From Euglena gracilis (lineage: Eukaryota): a stretch of DNA of 64,000 nt. The stretch's first letter is position 1; each line of letters opens with the position of its first letter. The notes beneath the pieces are model-generated. The model saw only the letters and a program-made list of their open reading frames with translations, made no database searches and had not been told where the DNA came from. The stretch lies in contig CP154954.1 in NCBI GenBank assembly GCA_039621445.1, forward strand, positions 31,954,012 through 32,018,011, read 5' to 3'. The position numbers were made by a program, and so were the translations under genes. Below are positions 47,075 through 60,500 of the stretch, in pieces.

Positions 47075-47466
47075 CAGGCTTTTGCTTAAGGAACCCCAGG
47101 GGGGGGGGGGTACTGGCTAGCCAATCGGCTTGACACTGGAAAAAATGGATCAGCTACACCCCCCCAACTGGAAAAAAAAAATTCCTCCGGCGCAGCGCGC
47201 CGAGGTGGAAATGAGGTTTTTAATAGGTTTTTGGCTGATTTTGTTCCAAAACTTCCCAAAAATGGCCAAAAACGGGCATTTTTGGCCATTTTTGGGGGTC
47301 CCAAAAAAATTTCCTGCGCTTCGCGCCGGTCACTGGAAAAATTTTTTCCACTAGCTAGCCCTGCTAGCAGACCCCCCGGGGGGTCTGCTAGAAATCCCAC
47401 TAGCCAAATTTGGATTATGCAGTCCAGCCCCCGGGGGGGTACTGCAATCCCTTAAACAAAAGCCTG
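47075..47466 (+). mobile_element. hAT-like MITE, family A
   Basis: TIRs; exact TSD CTCGCAAC at 47067-47074 and 47467-47474. Confidence 0.93.
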
Positions 47467-47552
47467 CTCGCAACAGCGATTGACCTTCAACAAAACAGCT
47501 TTTCACCCAAAAAACTCGGCGGCGGGGGGCAGGCCCACTGGGGACCGAATGC

Positions 47553-47980
47553 CTGGCCGGGAGAGGGCTCCTCCTCCACCTGCTCCAGGCCATCGAACGA
47601 GACGGTGCGGCGCTCCGTTGACCGCCCATTCCGGGCGGCGGCGCGCCGGCAACGGGCGGGGTCGCCGGAGCCGTGGCCAGGGACCGAGGCCGAGGCGGTC
47701 GGCGGACGGCGCGCCGGGGGAGGCGGGGCCCGGCCGCTGTCCCGACCCGGATCAAACCACAGCGCCAACCGCGCCGGTCCCCCACGGGGTCGCCCGGCTT
47801 CCTCCGGCACCGTCGCCCCCACCGGCCTCCACTCTCCTCCGGTCTCTGTGCGCCTCCCTCGTTGTTCCGCCGGGTCGGGAGGCGGGGCCGCGTGGGGCCG
47901 TTGGGCCCAGTCGGGGGGTCGGCGACTGGGGGAGCCTCCGCAGGGCCGGCGGCGCTGGGGCATGAGGTGGCACAGCCCAT
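47553..47980 (-). pseudogene. Gene 2 exon 1 (MGCATSCPSAAGPAEAP.../...TVSFDGLEQVEEEPSPGQ), with a 1-nt frameshift
   Basis: N- and C-terminal matches to gene 1 exon 1 lie in different frames; GC donor. Confidence 0.7.
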
Positions 47981-47989
47981 CGGCGGCCT

Positions 47990-48015
47990 CTGAAGGGAGG
48001 GTCAGGGGAAGAAGC
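47990..48015 (-). promoter_or_regulatory. Pyrimidine tract + AG 9 nt upstream of ATG; candidate SL trans-splice acceptor
   Basis: cttcttcccctgaccctcccttcAG on the minus strand. Confidence 0.55.
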
Positions 48016-49349
48016 ACCTGCAGGCGGTTGCCCTGGGGGGCAGGGCTGTACGGGAAGGCCTGGGAGGAGGGGGGTCGACCCCGCCCACCGTGGCACCCGT
48101 TGAAAGAAAACTCCATTGGCACCGAGGCGCCGGAAGAAAAGTTGGACGTAAAGGTACCACCGGAAACAAAGGGAAGGCCCAGGTGGTGGACCCCCTACCA
48201 CCAGGATGACCCCCCACCCAAGTGAGATTGTGGGGATTCCCGTCCAGCCCTGCCTGAGGGGGGGCAGGGAACGTGCTTGTTTTGATGCATTGGGCGGAAG
48301 TCCAAGGACAACAGAATTCGTCTTTTTCCAAACACAAAGGGCAAAAGGCAATTACCTCCCCCTCCCCGTGCCATGATTGAAGGTAAGGCCAGGGGGCCAT
48401 CCTTTGGGGGGCCAAGTTTGAAAAATTAAGAATTTCAGCAGCCATGTGCTAAAGGCTAAAGGTCAATTTTAGGGGGGCCAAATTTGCATGTAAGGAGGAG
48501 GGGGGCCAAGCGGGCGGGGGGGGGGGGGGGGGAGTTGGTACTTTATCCTGAGGATCATTGAATGTGATGGGATGGAAATTTCTGAAAGACAGCCCTGTGT
48601 TCAATGTTTGTTCCCAAAATTCGTCCTCAGAGAAATCGTGGAAAAATTTAATCCTCAGGTGGCAGAATAATTTCAACACACCAAACTTCACGTTGCAACT
48701 TCAACGCCCAATTCTCTCCGACCTATTTTCCCCCTTCCTCAGGCACTGCTTGGTGAATTCATCAATAATTTATCGGAATAAGGAAATTAATCCTGAATCA
48801 AAAGGCATTTTCAGACGTCCAAAGAAAAGGAAAAAATCAGCTGTTGGTGGTCATTTGTGATTACCTGTGTTTTTGGGAAGTCCAAATTTTGTGTTGATTT
48901 GCGATCATGTGTTTATCAGAAAACCTGGCCACCCTACCACCAGCCTCATCCACCAGGGAGAGGGAACGCAACATGTGGATCCTTGGAGAACACGACGCCA
49001 AAAAAAACAACTCTTCCAACGCACAGGCGCAAAAAAGAAGGTACAAAAAAAACACAAAAGAATGCAAAAAAATAAAATTGCATATGTAAAATCCTTCAGG
49101 AGCTCCCCGGGATGTGCACTTTCTACTGGAAAGGAAGAAGAAATTCCACCTCCACCAGGAAAAGATTTTCATTTGCATAAAAAAAGGCCATTTGTTGACC
49201 AAAAAATGCAAAAAATGGCAAAATTGGCAATTTTTGTCACAGAAAATCGGGATCAAAATGAGGGGAAAAAACGGAAGCAATTTTTTTTCGACTTGGGAAA
49301 ATAGTTTTTCAAAAAAAAGCATGAAAATCCTTAAAGATTAATGGAAGAC

Positions 49350-49616
49350 AGGTCAGCGGGTGCAAGCGTTGGAGCAGGCTCCTATGAGGCAGGTCAGCGA
49401 CAACAGTGGGTAGCAGGCCGTTTCCCAGGGGCAGGTATGGAATATCTACCTCTGAACGGGCTGGACTGACCCTTTCTGAACAGTCACTACGAGGACCCGT
49501 GGGCCAGGGGTGCTGAAATGGCTGAAAATTTGGGCAGGCTGGATTACACCACCCCCCTTGGTGGCATTGATCCTCCAACCCAGCCCGAACTGGGCATCGC
49601 AAGCAGCGACATGGAA

Positions 49617-49670
<54 letters not shown>

Positions 49671-51493
49671 AAAAAAAAAAAAAAAAACAACAAAAAAAAC
49701 AACCCCCCCAACACAACAACAAAAAACCAAAAAACAACCCAACAAAAAAGAAAAAAAAAAAAGCCATTATTCAGGCCATCATATGGTGCGCTGTGAACTG
49801 GAAGAAGCGGGCTGAGCTGTGGCGGAATTTCTCATTTTTGGCTGAATATTTCTCTTCTTCCTCTGCCTGTGGGTCGAAATGCATCAAGGCATCTGGCGTC
49901 AACGCCAGCAGCTCCATCCCCATTGCAGATACAAATTCTGACCACTTCCACTTACTGAGCCAGGGGGGGGGGGGCTCTTCTTCCAGGCTCAAACCCGCCC
50001 ACTTTTTTCGAAAACCAACCCATGCACGGTCTCCCCCACCCACCCAACGATAACCCACTCAAACTTGGCTGAAACACCTGAACAACTGTTTTTCCAGCCC
50101 AGGCTTCAGACAGGCACTGACCCATATGGCCTTGCTTTTACCAACCCTGGGGGGGAGAGATGGCGTAAAATGGAACCCCCACCCCCCCACCCCCCACCCC
50201 CCTCACTACCCCCACACCCACCACAATACCCCACACATAAAATTTCTTTTCAAAAAATAAAAAATAAATTAAAATTTTGACTTACTTGGGGGGGCGGACC
50301 CCCATAACAAAAATAGCATCATCCTTTATCTGTGCATCCAACACCTGATCTTTCCGGACACCCCCCCACCCCCACACACACCCCACACCCCCCACTACCC
50401 CCCCCACACCCCACACATACCCCCCCACAGTACCCCATATTTCAACTGTGGGGGCTCCACTTTATGCCATATGTGGGGGAGGGAGTGCCTTGTGATATGG
50501 GGTGCCTGCCCAAAGCAGGTCCCCCCCCCCCCCCCCCCGAGGAGGTTTTGGGCCCGCCAACCAAGCCAATTTTTGGTGGGTGTGCTACAGCACTGCCCAC
50601 GCCCAAAACATGACCCCCTACCCTCCTGCCTGCCCATGGCAACCCCCGGGGTGCAAACCCCCCAAAAAGAAGCCTGCCCATGGAACACCCCCCTGGGGGG
50701 TCCAGCGACCCACCCACCCACCCATTCGCAAAATCCTCCCGGAGGGGTCACGCAGGTGTGAAGCGAATCTATGGCCACGGAGAGCAACCTTGCGACAACA
50801 CAATTCTGGATGGTCCAAGAAAAATGCCGACCAATGAGAAAAACCTGCATGCGATGTGCCTGAACTCGACAGGCAACTGCACCGCGGTGTCCTGCTGTCA
50901 CAGCAGGGATCAGCACAGGCCAACCACCTCTCACAGGCAGAGGAGGGACAGCGCATCGCCACCCGTGGCACACTAAAGAGTTGCTAGGTTGCACACAGGG
51001 CTCATCAACGCAAACCATGGGCATGGGCGATGGTTGAGAACCTATTTCGTTATTTGAATACCTCTCTCGTTGGGTGCGGAGGACCACCCTGGGGGGGGGG
51101 GGTCAGGTTTGTGTCCAGGCAGAGTCCCAACCAGGAAAAATACCCTTCTGAATGACTGTTGGGCACCAGAGAATCGGAGGCACCGAGGGTACCCTCTCGC
51201 AGCACCTTTCTGGCAACACCCTCCCCAACCTCCTCCTCTTTATGGTCTGCAAAACCACAAAGAGACATACACTGCCAGCTGCCCTCCCCCTCATGTCTGG
51301 ACAAGCACTGGGCCAGAGAACAACGAAGGTGCAACAAAGCCCCAAAACAATTGGAGGATTTCAAGCAGTCCCAAAGCAAATCCATCAAGTCGGTGATTTG
51401 ATGGACACTTCTGCCAAGCTTCTTTCTGAGCCTTGTACATCCCCACCCCTTGTCCTTGACTCGAAAAAGTACGGGGAAGATGCATTTGACACG

Positions 51494-51574
<81 letters not shown>

Positions 51575-54500
51575 ATGGACCAAAGGGCATATAAAGCAGA
51601 AAAAAAATGGCGACTTTGGTCAAACCCTATAAACCCGTGATTAAGAGCAATGGTGTGGGTCTCCTTCTGCCAAAATACTCCAACATATTCCAAATATATA
51701 TATTGTGTGTCAACTGCATTTCCCCCATACTTTGTTGGATCACGGACAAGGGGGGATGTACAAGACCTCAGAAAGAAACTTGGCAGAAGGGTTTGAAATC
51801 ATCGACTAAAACTATGGCAAAAAAAAAACAGGTTGTGTAAACGAATGACTGACCAAGACAATCTTCTCTGGGCAATTTCATCTCTTGTTACAAAAATTTT
51901 GGTGCTCTTGTCGGGATCCGTCGGGATTTGCCGGATTTTTCGGGATTTGTCGAGATTTGGGAATTGTTCGGGATTTGGGATTTGTCGGAATTTGTCGTCA
52001 TTCGTCGGGATTTGTCAGGACTTGTCAGGGTTTTGTCGGGATTTGTCAGGATATGTTGGTATTTGCCTGGATTCGTCGGAACCCCATCTGCGGGTGGTCC
52101 AAACAGAATTGTCGGGAATTTTCGGGATTTGTCGCTGGAGGTGCTTGACCAGCACCACCCAGGCAGCGAGCCGCAGGGTTGGGCACGAACAGCGGAGAGC
52201 AGCGCAGGGAAGGGAGGCTGGCGATGACGGCGGCGAGGTGGGGCGAGGTGGGGCCCCTCCCTCCCGGTCCAACGCCGCGCAGGGGCACACACAAAATTGC
52301 CGTCGCCCGTGGCCCGATTCGCAGGCCAGTTTCAGGAGGAAAGGAAAACCAACGCCGGGTTAAGATTGTAGCAGTGGTGAAGTCACACCTGCCTTCCAGT
52401 GAAAAACCTAGCCAACGTAAACACGTTCCAAGCGGCCAAAACCTGCAGGTGCATGACAAATTCCATTGCATTGCAGGCATTCCCAGGGGTTCCGTTGAGT
52501 CAGTGGAGGAAGGTGCTCTGACTTCTTTGGCCCAGAACTAGGGATATGGCCGATTTCCCGGGGTACCGGGACAGACTATGTAATGGCGAGAGCGGCTCCG
52601 GGGAGGGAGGGGGGGGGGTTCCAACCGGGGGGAACCAGCACTTTTGTCTCATCCAAACATGAAATAAATTAATCTCGAGAGGGGTTATCGACCTCCCTGT
52701 TGGTCACAAAATTATGAACAGCCACCAGCTGAAACACCAAAGCCCCAAGTCAAGAAAAGAGAAAACTGAAAAACAAGTCCTAATTGAGGTTGGATCTGCG
52801 AACCCGGGGCCAGTGGTGAGGGGCAGAGACCCGGGGCCAGTACAAAAAGCCACATTCTGCGCAGAGCTCAGTCCTTTTTTAAAAAACCTAAAAGGGTGAT
52901 GGGAAGAAAGGGGCATCCACAGAAGAAAACGAGCTGTATGGAGGCACGCCCCCCAACCAAGTCAAGAAAAAAGTCCTAATTGAGTTGGATCTGCGAACCC
53001 GGGGCCAGGGTGAGGGGCAGAGACCCGGGGCCATTACAAAAGCCACATCTGCGCAGAGCTCAGTCCTTTTAAAAAACCTAAAAAAAACGTCCATGGTCCA
53101 TATTTGGGCATTTTGGCAAATATTAGATTGGTGTTGGCAATTCATCATTCCACATTCACATTTTTGTAGTAGACATGACTGAGAGAGAGAGACCACCACA
53201 CAACTGGAGGAACAAAAGTCCCGGCCTTCCTTCCGGGCACTAGCGCTTGCGAGCCTTCGAGGCCAGGCGCATGGGACTGAAGCGCTTCCCCACACAGCCC
53301 AAGACGGCTAGGGGCTAGGAGTCTGGGGTGAGCCGACGCCGCCACCGCCCACGGCGAAAAGAATATGGGCTCCCGCCAGCTGACGCGGTTTACAAACATC
53401 AGCTAGGCCACCCCACGCAGCAACCGAGGTGGTGCTTCTCGGCCTGCAAGGACTCGAGCGCAAAGTCCCGCCCGCACAGCCTCCAGTGCAAGTCGGCACA
53501 GAGGAAAGAGCCACGTGTGGGTGAAGCCCGTTACCCTCCTGGTGAGTCGCGGGTCGGGCTCCCCATACCTTGCTTGGGGTCGAAGCAAGTGGCTCTATGC
53601 GGGCTGTAGCTCCGGGAAGGCTGGCCCATCTCTGGGTGAAGGAGGCGGGCTGACGGGGTGCCAGGACCCCAATCGGCGCCGGCCGTGGACCAGAGTATCC
53701 CAGAGTGGTGACCACCTTCACGCCAAGGAGTGGGGCGAGTGGCCCCCGGGGTCCCCGCTCCTGGCAACCGGAGTTCCTGGGCCGTTCCTCGGGTGACGGC
53801 AGCACCCGAGGGGCATATTACACAACACGCGGAGCCACAGGTGGGTGCCCACGGCCATCTCGCCGGTGATGAGTCATTGTTGGGGGGTGAGGGGAGCATG
53901 GGGGAGCCACCAGGGAGACATGGCGGGGTCCAGGCGGGGCCGATGCCGGGCGGGAGTGAGCGCGATGGATCCGAAGGCTTCGGATCTTTGGGTGAGGAAA
54001 GAGAGAGAGGACGAGAGAGGAGAGAATAGAATGACAAGAGTTAGAAAACAGGCTCAGAAAAAAAGTAAAACGCTAAACAAAGGAAGAAAAGGGACTAGCA
54101 AGGAGAGTGCTTTTATACCACCGAGGGTGCGGAGAAGCAATGTCGGGCAGACTCGGTTAAGGGAGAGTGGAGATCTGGAAGAGTGACGAGGGGGGCGAAG
54201 GGGTTTGCAGAAGGCTTTGATGGAGGGACTGAGTTAGCGAGTTGGGGCAAAGAGATGGGACATGTAGGGGGAAGTGATGGCCCCGGTCCCGGCAACACGC
54301 ATGGGGCCGTGCCCCAAACCTGACCGCTCTCCGTGGGTGCCCACGGGGCCATTTCTCGCCCGCCTGGAGGGGAGCCTGGTGGCCCTGAGGGTCCGCATAC
54401 CCTTGGGCGTCCATGAGCGCCCCACCCGCGGAGCATGGAGCGCCCCGTCACCACCTCCCCCCCAAGCCGGCGTCCGGGGGCTCGACAAGGAAGCCCCGGC

Positions 54501-57500
54501 TGGATCCAACCGCCTGCTCCTTTATCCTTTACCTACGCTGTGTGCGGAAAGAGAAAGGAGAAGAGAGAGAGTAGAGGAGAGCGAGCAGAGGAGAAGAGCC
54601 ACCCTAAAGAAAAAAAGAAAAAACCAACAAATCTCGAAAATGATGTAAAAAAAAAGAGAAAATAAGAAGAGAGCTATAAAAACCTAGCACTCCTTGCCAA
54701 AAGGTAAAGAAACAAAATTTCACTCCCCAGACATGATCGTTCGGCGACTTGCCTGCCCAACCCACCCTCTAAAACCCTATCCCCCCGGGGGGTCGGCAGG
54801 GGTGCTATGCGGTGCCTGCCCCTATGCACCCCCCCCCCCCCCCGTGGGGTAGGCACCCGACTAAGCACAAGCCTGACCCAGATTTCAGGGTTTCCTTACG
54901 ATCCCCCGCCCCGCCTGATCCCGGCATTCCCGTTCCCCGGATCCAGGATTTTTTTTTCAGTGGCAGCGACTGGATTCCCTAGTTTCTGAATCACCCGGGT
55001 TTTGACCCCGAACTCCCCGCCAGGCCCGAGTTATTCACCGCGCGAAGGGGTCCAAACTGGGTAGGATTGCCCCCCCCCTTTGGGCTACTTTGCCAGTTGT
55101 CGGAGGCACGAAAAAAAAAATCAAAAATTCAACATATCTCGAAAATGATGCAAAATCAAAGGAAATGTCCGGACCTAATTTGAAGCCCTTGGAATGCCCC
55201 ATCCACCGGTATTTTTATTTCCCCACAACTCCCCGCCCAGCGGGATCCCTAAAACCTCCCGCTGACCCAATCACAACAAACCCACGGCCCAAGGAAGGGG
55301 AATGGTAAGATATGGCAGGGGGGTTAGTGTTCAGTGCGATCCCAGGTTTTTGTGCCATGCCTCGAAGCCAGACAGATCAGCTTAGGCGGCCAACTAGTAC
55401 AAAAATTTATTAAAATAAAGTTTTTTTTCAACATTTATGATCGTGACATATTATGCTCTTACATATAAGGACGATGTAAAGAATTCTTTAGAAATAAACC
55501 ACATCTTGAAAATATTAACTGTAGGACACTCCAAATGTTTCCAACCAGAGTATAATTTTCAATATGCATAGTTGCAACTCAGGACAGGGAAAAAGAAAAA
55601 AATGGGAGGGCAGTAATGAAGAGTGCACTACACTGTTTCTCTTCCTCTCTTCTCTCTGTGTTCTCCACGCCTATGCATGCGTTCTGAAACCATCCAAAAA
55701 ATGGAGTGAGAATCCCAGATGGAATTACGATAGAAAAAAAGGGTAAATGGACCCACTTGATTTGATGGGAAAAATAAATGACCATTGAAATGCAAATTGA
55801 AAATGGTAAGAGTAAGTGTGATTTTGCACAAGACCTGTGCGAGCCTCCACTGTGCGAAAATTGGGCATCTCCTGTGAAAGGATTTTACGCCAATATGCAT
55901 CTTGCACCAGGCCTCCAAAAATAAACCCAGGAAGGGAAATTACTGGTCATAGGACACTGCTCACTCTGTTTCCATGGACCAGAGCATACCTTGATCATCT
56001 GCACTTGTTGCAATGCGTCCCAGCGAACATGCAGAGGGGGATTGGAAGCTGTGATGGAAAAGAAGAATGAAAAAGTGGGGAGGGCACGCGGTAATGAAGA
56101 GTGCATACACTGGTGTTTTAGCACGAGGCTCCGGATTGCTCTCCAAAATGTGTTCTCCCATTATTCATCCGTGCATGGACATTCTGAACCATCCAAAAAA
56201 TTCCCCAGTCCCATCATCCCAGATGATCAGATCACACAGGCAATATATTGTCCTGTACTGGACTCACTGTTGAATGCGGACAAAACCTGACTGATGGGGT
56301 GGGTCTTGCAAATTGCCTAAATGGTATTGAGGCTCAGTGGATTGTCCCACATTCACCTTTAGCCTCCATTTGGCAGTGTGCGAAAAGGGGGGGGTGGCGC
56401 AGTATTCAAAATAGAAATTTGTGTCAAATCCATGCACACGAAAGGTTGCATTGGAATACCAACTTTCAATCTGTCTGCGAAGCATGTGGCACAGAGAAAT
56501 TCCTGACGGTCGTCTTCAGCAGTCCCTTTGGGTGTCCCTTGGGTCCTTCCCTTTCCCTCCATTGGGACAGCGGCGCGCACACACACAGGCACACACAAAC
56601 ATGCTGTCACATTTCGGCCCACGCAGCCATTCTTTTCCAAATTAATGGAGGGGTTTCATGGAGGGGGGACAACACTCACCACTCACGTTCAGCGCGCATG
56701 TCACGGGAACATCACTTGTGCAGAATGGCTGCGTTTCTCTCGGGGGCGTGCTAGTGGATGGGCTTCCTTAAGACACTGCCAGACAAGCGCCGTGTTAACT
56801 CAGAAGCAGTGAGGGCTGCGGCTGGCGTGCCTGACGATGGTGCCGATGGCTTCGGCTCCTCGCTTGGCCAGGGCTCCGCTGTGGTCTGCATCCTCTTCCC
56901 CTGATCCTTGTCCTTCCTTGGGTCCTTGTCTTTTGGCGCCTCTTTCTCTTTCTCTTTGCACTGTCTGGCCTGTGGTACTTTGAACGGCTTTAGTGGTGTT
57001 CCCTCTGCACCAGGTTTCGCACGGCGTTTCGCAGGCGGCTTCGGGTTGGGAGGCAAGAGCATGAGGGGCATGTTGATCTCGCTGTCACTGCTCACACTGT
57101 CGAGGTTCTCTGCCACATCTGCTTGCTGCACCATCTCAAAGATCGGTGTCAGGGCGATGGTCCGCTCCATGATCTGTGTCCACTGTAACACCGGGATGTT
57201 CTGGGTCCCCTTGAGAGCCTCGCTCATATGTCCTGCGATATCCGGGATGGACTCCTCACTGCGCAACGGACAGAGGGCTACAGATGGTGTGTTGTCCAGT
57301 CTGGTGCTGAGCAACACCGCCAGTGCCACGTCGTTGCTGATGACGTACAGCCAGTCCGCGCTCTGGGAGGTGCTCTCATCATTGTTATCTGGCAGCAGCA
57401 GGGCCTGCAGGTATCCGAAGATGGCCACCCATCCAAGGGTTGGTGGCTCGGCATGTGCGATATTGAAATAGGGAGGTTGTCGTCGACGGAGCTCTCCTAC

Positions 57501-60500
57501 ATCTGGCGTGAATATAACGATCTGCCGGCGGGCTGCTGTGTACATGGCATCCTTGTCCGCAGTCCAGACGATGAACGTCCGTCGCTCTCCACTCCAGCTT
57601 TCCCCAAGCACGTGGATGCGGCGCAGGGTTGCCATATCCACAATGTCTGGCCTGCCGAACAGAATGACTGGAAAGACAGACAGTCCTTGGCACGTTGTCC
57701 ATGCACTCCACCACGTCGTCTGCTTCAACCGACCGCAGGTCAATCAGGACAGCTCGAAATGGCAGTGTGGAGATTGTCTTGGGCAGTGCTGGTGTTCGAG
57801 GGATGATGCCAGAGTCTGTGGCAGCTATTGCCACCTTCGTCATGCATCCATCATCCTGCACTTCCAGCTGGAGGGGAGGTCGTCCGAGAACATCTCGGGC
57901 AGTCTTGTATTCTTCTGCAGTCCACAGACGGGCCTTGCGGAGTTAGTCCCCCTTTGGGATTCTCTTCAGCATGTCCTGTTCCATCAATGGGGGCTTCCAC
58001 TTCCTTGTTGACACTTTGACGGCGGGCAACTTGGGGACCATGGCCATGAGGTGTGTAACTTCAGCAGGAACTGGCATGGTCATGATGGCGCATCTACAAT
58101 GAAAACTAACAACCTAGCAGATTTGCACAGAGTGCCTGACCATCCATTCCCTTTCATATGACATTTCAGACAATGACATTCCCCATCCAAAATCCTGTCA
58201 ACTTGTGCCACTAATGTCATAAATTGAAACTGGAGTAATCAACACGTTTCAAGATGTGGTGCGCCAAAAAGCAGCATGGGACATGGCGTCCTAAGTTCAA
58301 CTTATTCCACTAGTGTCATAAATTGACGGAACTGGATGAAAACAAGGTGATCCGCATAGCATGAGCCTGACTGTACAAATTGCCCTAATCCCATTGTGAA
58401 GAAGAACCCTCTCACAAAGATCATGCAGCCTTTGATCACCGTTGGTTGGACACCGATATGATGACCACACCAGGCTAGGATTGCGTCGTTCTGCATGAAC
58501 TGGAAGGTCCGGGCACAATACGTGCCAGCTGTACCACATCCGACAAGCACTGCGGCTGAGAAACTGCTCGATGTCGCTACATGAAACCCTTGGACCTGTA
58601 TTCTGCAGCTCAAATTCCAACCGCTGCAACGCTTCCTCCTCCTCATGTATTCGTTCCAATGACCTTCTTTGGAAAATTGATTCCAACATGCTTACAAACG
58701 CAAATGTTGCCTTATGCACTTGCACCAGGGTTCGCAAGTTACTGCGTAGCAACGCCGTGATGCTTTCCTCCGCTACGGGCCTCAGCAAAGGAACAAGGGG
58801 CTGTTCTGTGGTGTATGACATGATGTCCGGGATGGAAATCGAGCCATTTGATGTCCATCGCACAGTAGGCAGGATAAATGATGATTTCACGAAATCCAGG
58901 ACACGTTCACAAACGACACAACGGACACGCTCCGGAACGCTGGCACAGTGCTCCCTCATCTTCCTACTAGGTGGTGTGAGCAAGGACATATTCGAGTAGT
59001 CTTCTTGGCCCGAATGTGCACCAAATTGTCTCATTGTTCGTGTAACTTTGCTGAGGTGTGCCTCACATAGCTCTTCACAGTGGACCACTCCTGGAGCCAC
59101 ATCGTGCCACGACCTCCAGAATAAGAGTGCTTGTGTGATTGTCTTCACGTAACGGACCCTTAAATAATCTGTCGGATGTAACCGGATCAGCATAGAAAGT
59201 GACCACTGAAGAGCTTGGCGAGCACAAGCACCCGACCCCAGCTTACGCCCGTCCCATGTGCATGTACGAACCTTGTATCCAATAGCAAACAATGCTGGAC
59301 AGAAATCAGTCATCAGTAGCCGAAATTGCAACAGTTGGTACATGAGCAACCGAACTCGTTTGCCTTTATTCTCTGCCAAACTCGAGGCATACAACAACTC
59401 CTTTCGTGCAACAGACTGGTCTGAGGACATAGAACCTGTTTGGCCGACAGTGGATGACCGTGTCACGCGATAAAACAAAGCACGTACGCGGTCAATCTCT
59501 TGGTCAAGCATTGGCAGGAGCAAGATTGTCGCAACAAGACGTTCAATATGGCCGAGTTTTTGAACACCGTTCACATGAGGCAATGGAACAGCGTCTGTGG
59601 GTACCACCAAGCCCTTGTCCAGGTAAATCCAAATGTGAAAGAACACGCGGTGCAGATGGAAGCAAACATTCTTGTAAGCATGCCACACCCCATACAACAA
59701 AACACAGCTTTGCAGATGCTCGCGAATGGCTAGATGACGGTACGTTCGGCTGTACATCCATCGTATCACACGGGAGTGTATGTTCTCATCCGACAGCAAC
59801 GTCACATGTTATCACATGTTCAGTGTGCTGCTGAACCTGGAAGACCACCTTGAGGGTTTTGAGCAAATCCACGTGGCTAGCTGTTCCATGGGGTTCTAGC
59901 GACAAACCACACCATTTGGGGCCACGGATCTTGCCCCTCGGAACATCTAGAGGAACGCGAATTGCTTCTGCCGTGAAACCCATGAAAGCACCCTGTACAA
60001 ACGACATAAGCTCCTTGTCAGAGACGGTGAAAGAAGAACTGGCGTTGACCCTCCGGAGCAGAGTGATCACAGAAAGATAACCTTGTCACGTTCCCAACGT
60101 GGGAGTGTTAAGCAGGACGGCAACTGCGGTACCATTCAGAGACGTGTCTGTGTTCCCAGGATTCACCCCAAAGCGTCGCTTATAGAAATTGTCCACCCAA
60201 ACTCCGACGGTTTTACCTTTGATCTCAGCCCAAACGTCTAGGAGGGAATTAGTTGCCTGCTGTGCAACAGTGTATGCGGCGTAGGGCACCAACCCGGTGG
60301 GAGCCAATACACGTCGATCAGCCCGGCTGAGGGGTAGACGGGAGACGCTATTCTCAATGAATGGGGCCCGTGGTATTACGAGGCGCCGTAGGCTCAAATA
60401 CAGGTAAAATGCACCACGAAAGAAATTATGCACCGCATAATGAGGGGCTTGGTGCTGCCCACCCACAGCACACGTGAAAGCATCCTTGGCAATTGCAAAG

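Noticed and set aside
49618-49762. Retroposon poly(A) tail or poly-Lys ORF
   Set aside because: No TSD or recognisable SINE/LINE body; the upstream sequence looks like minus-strand exon
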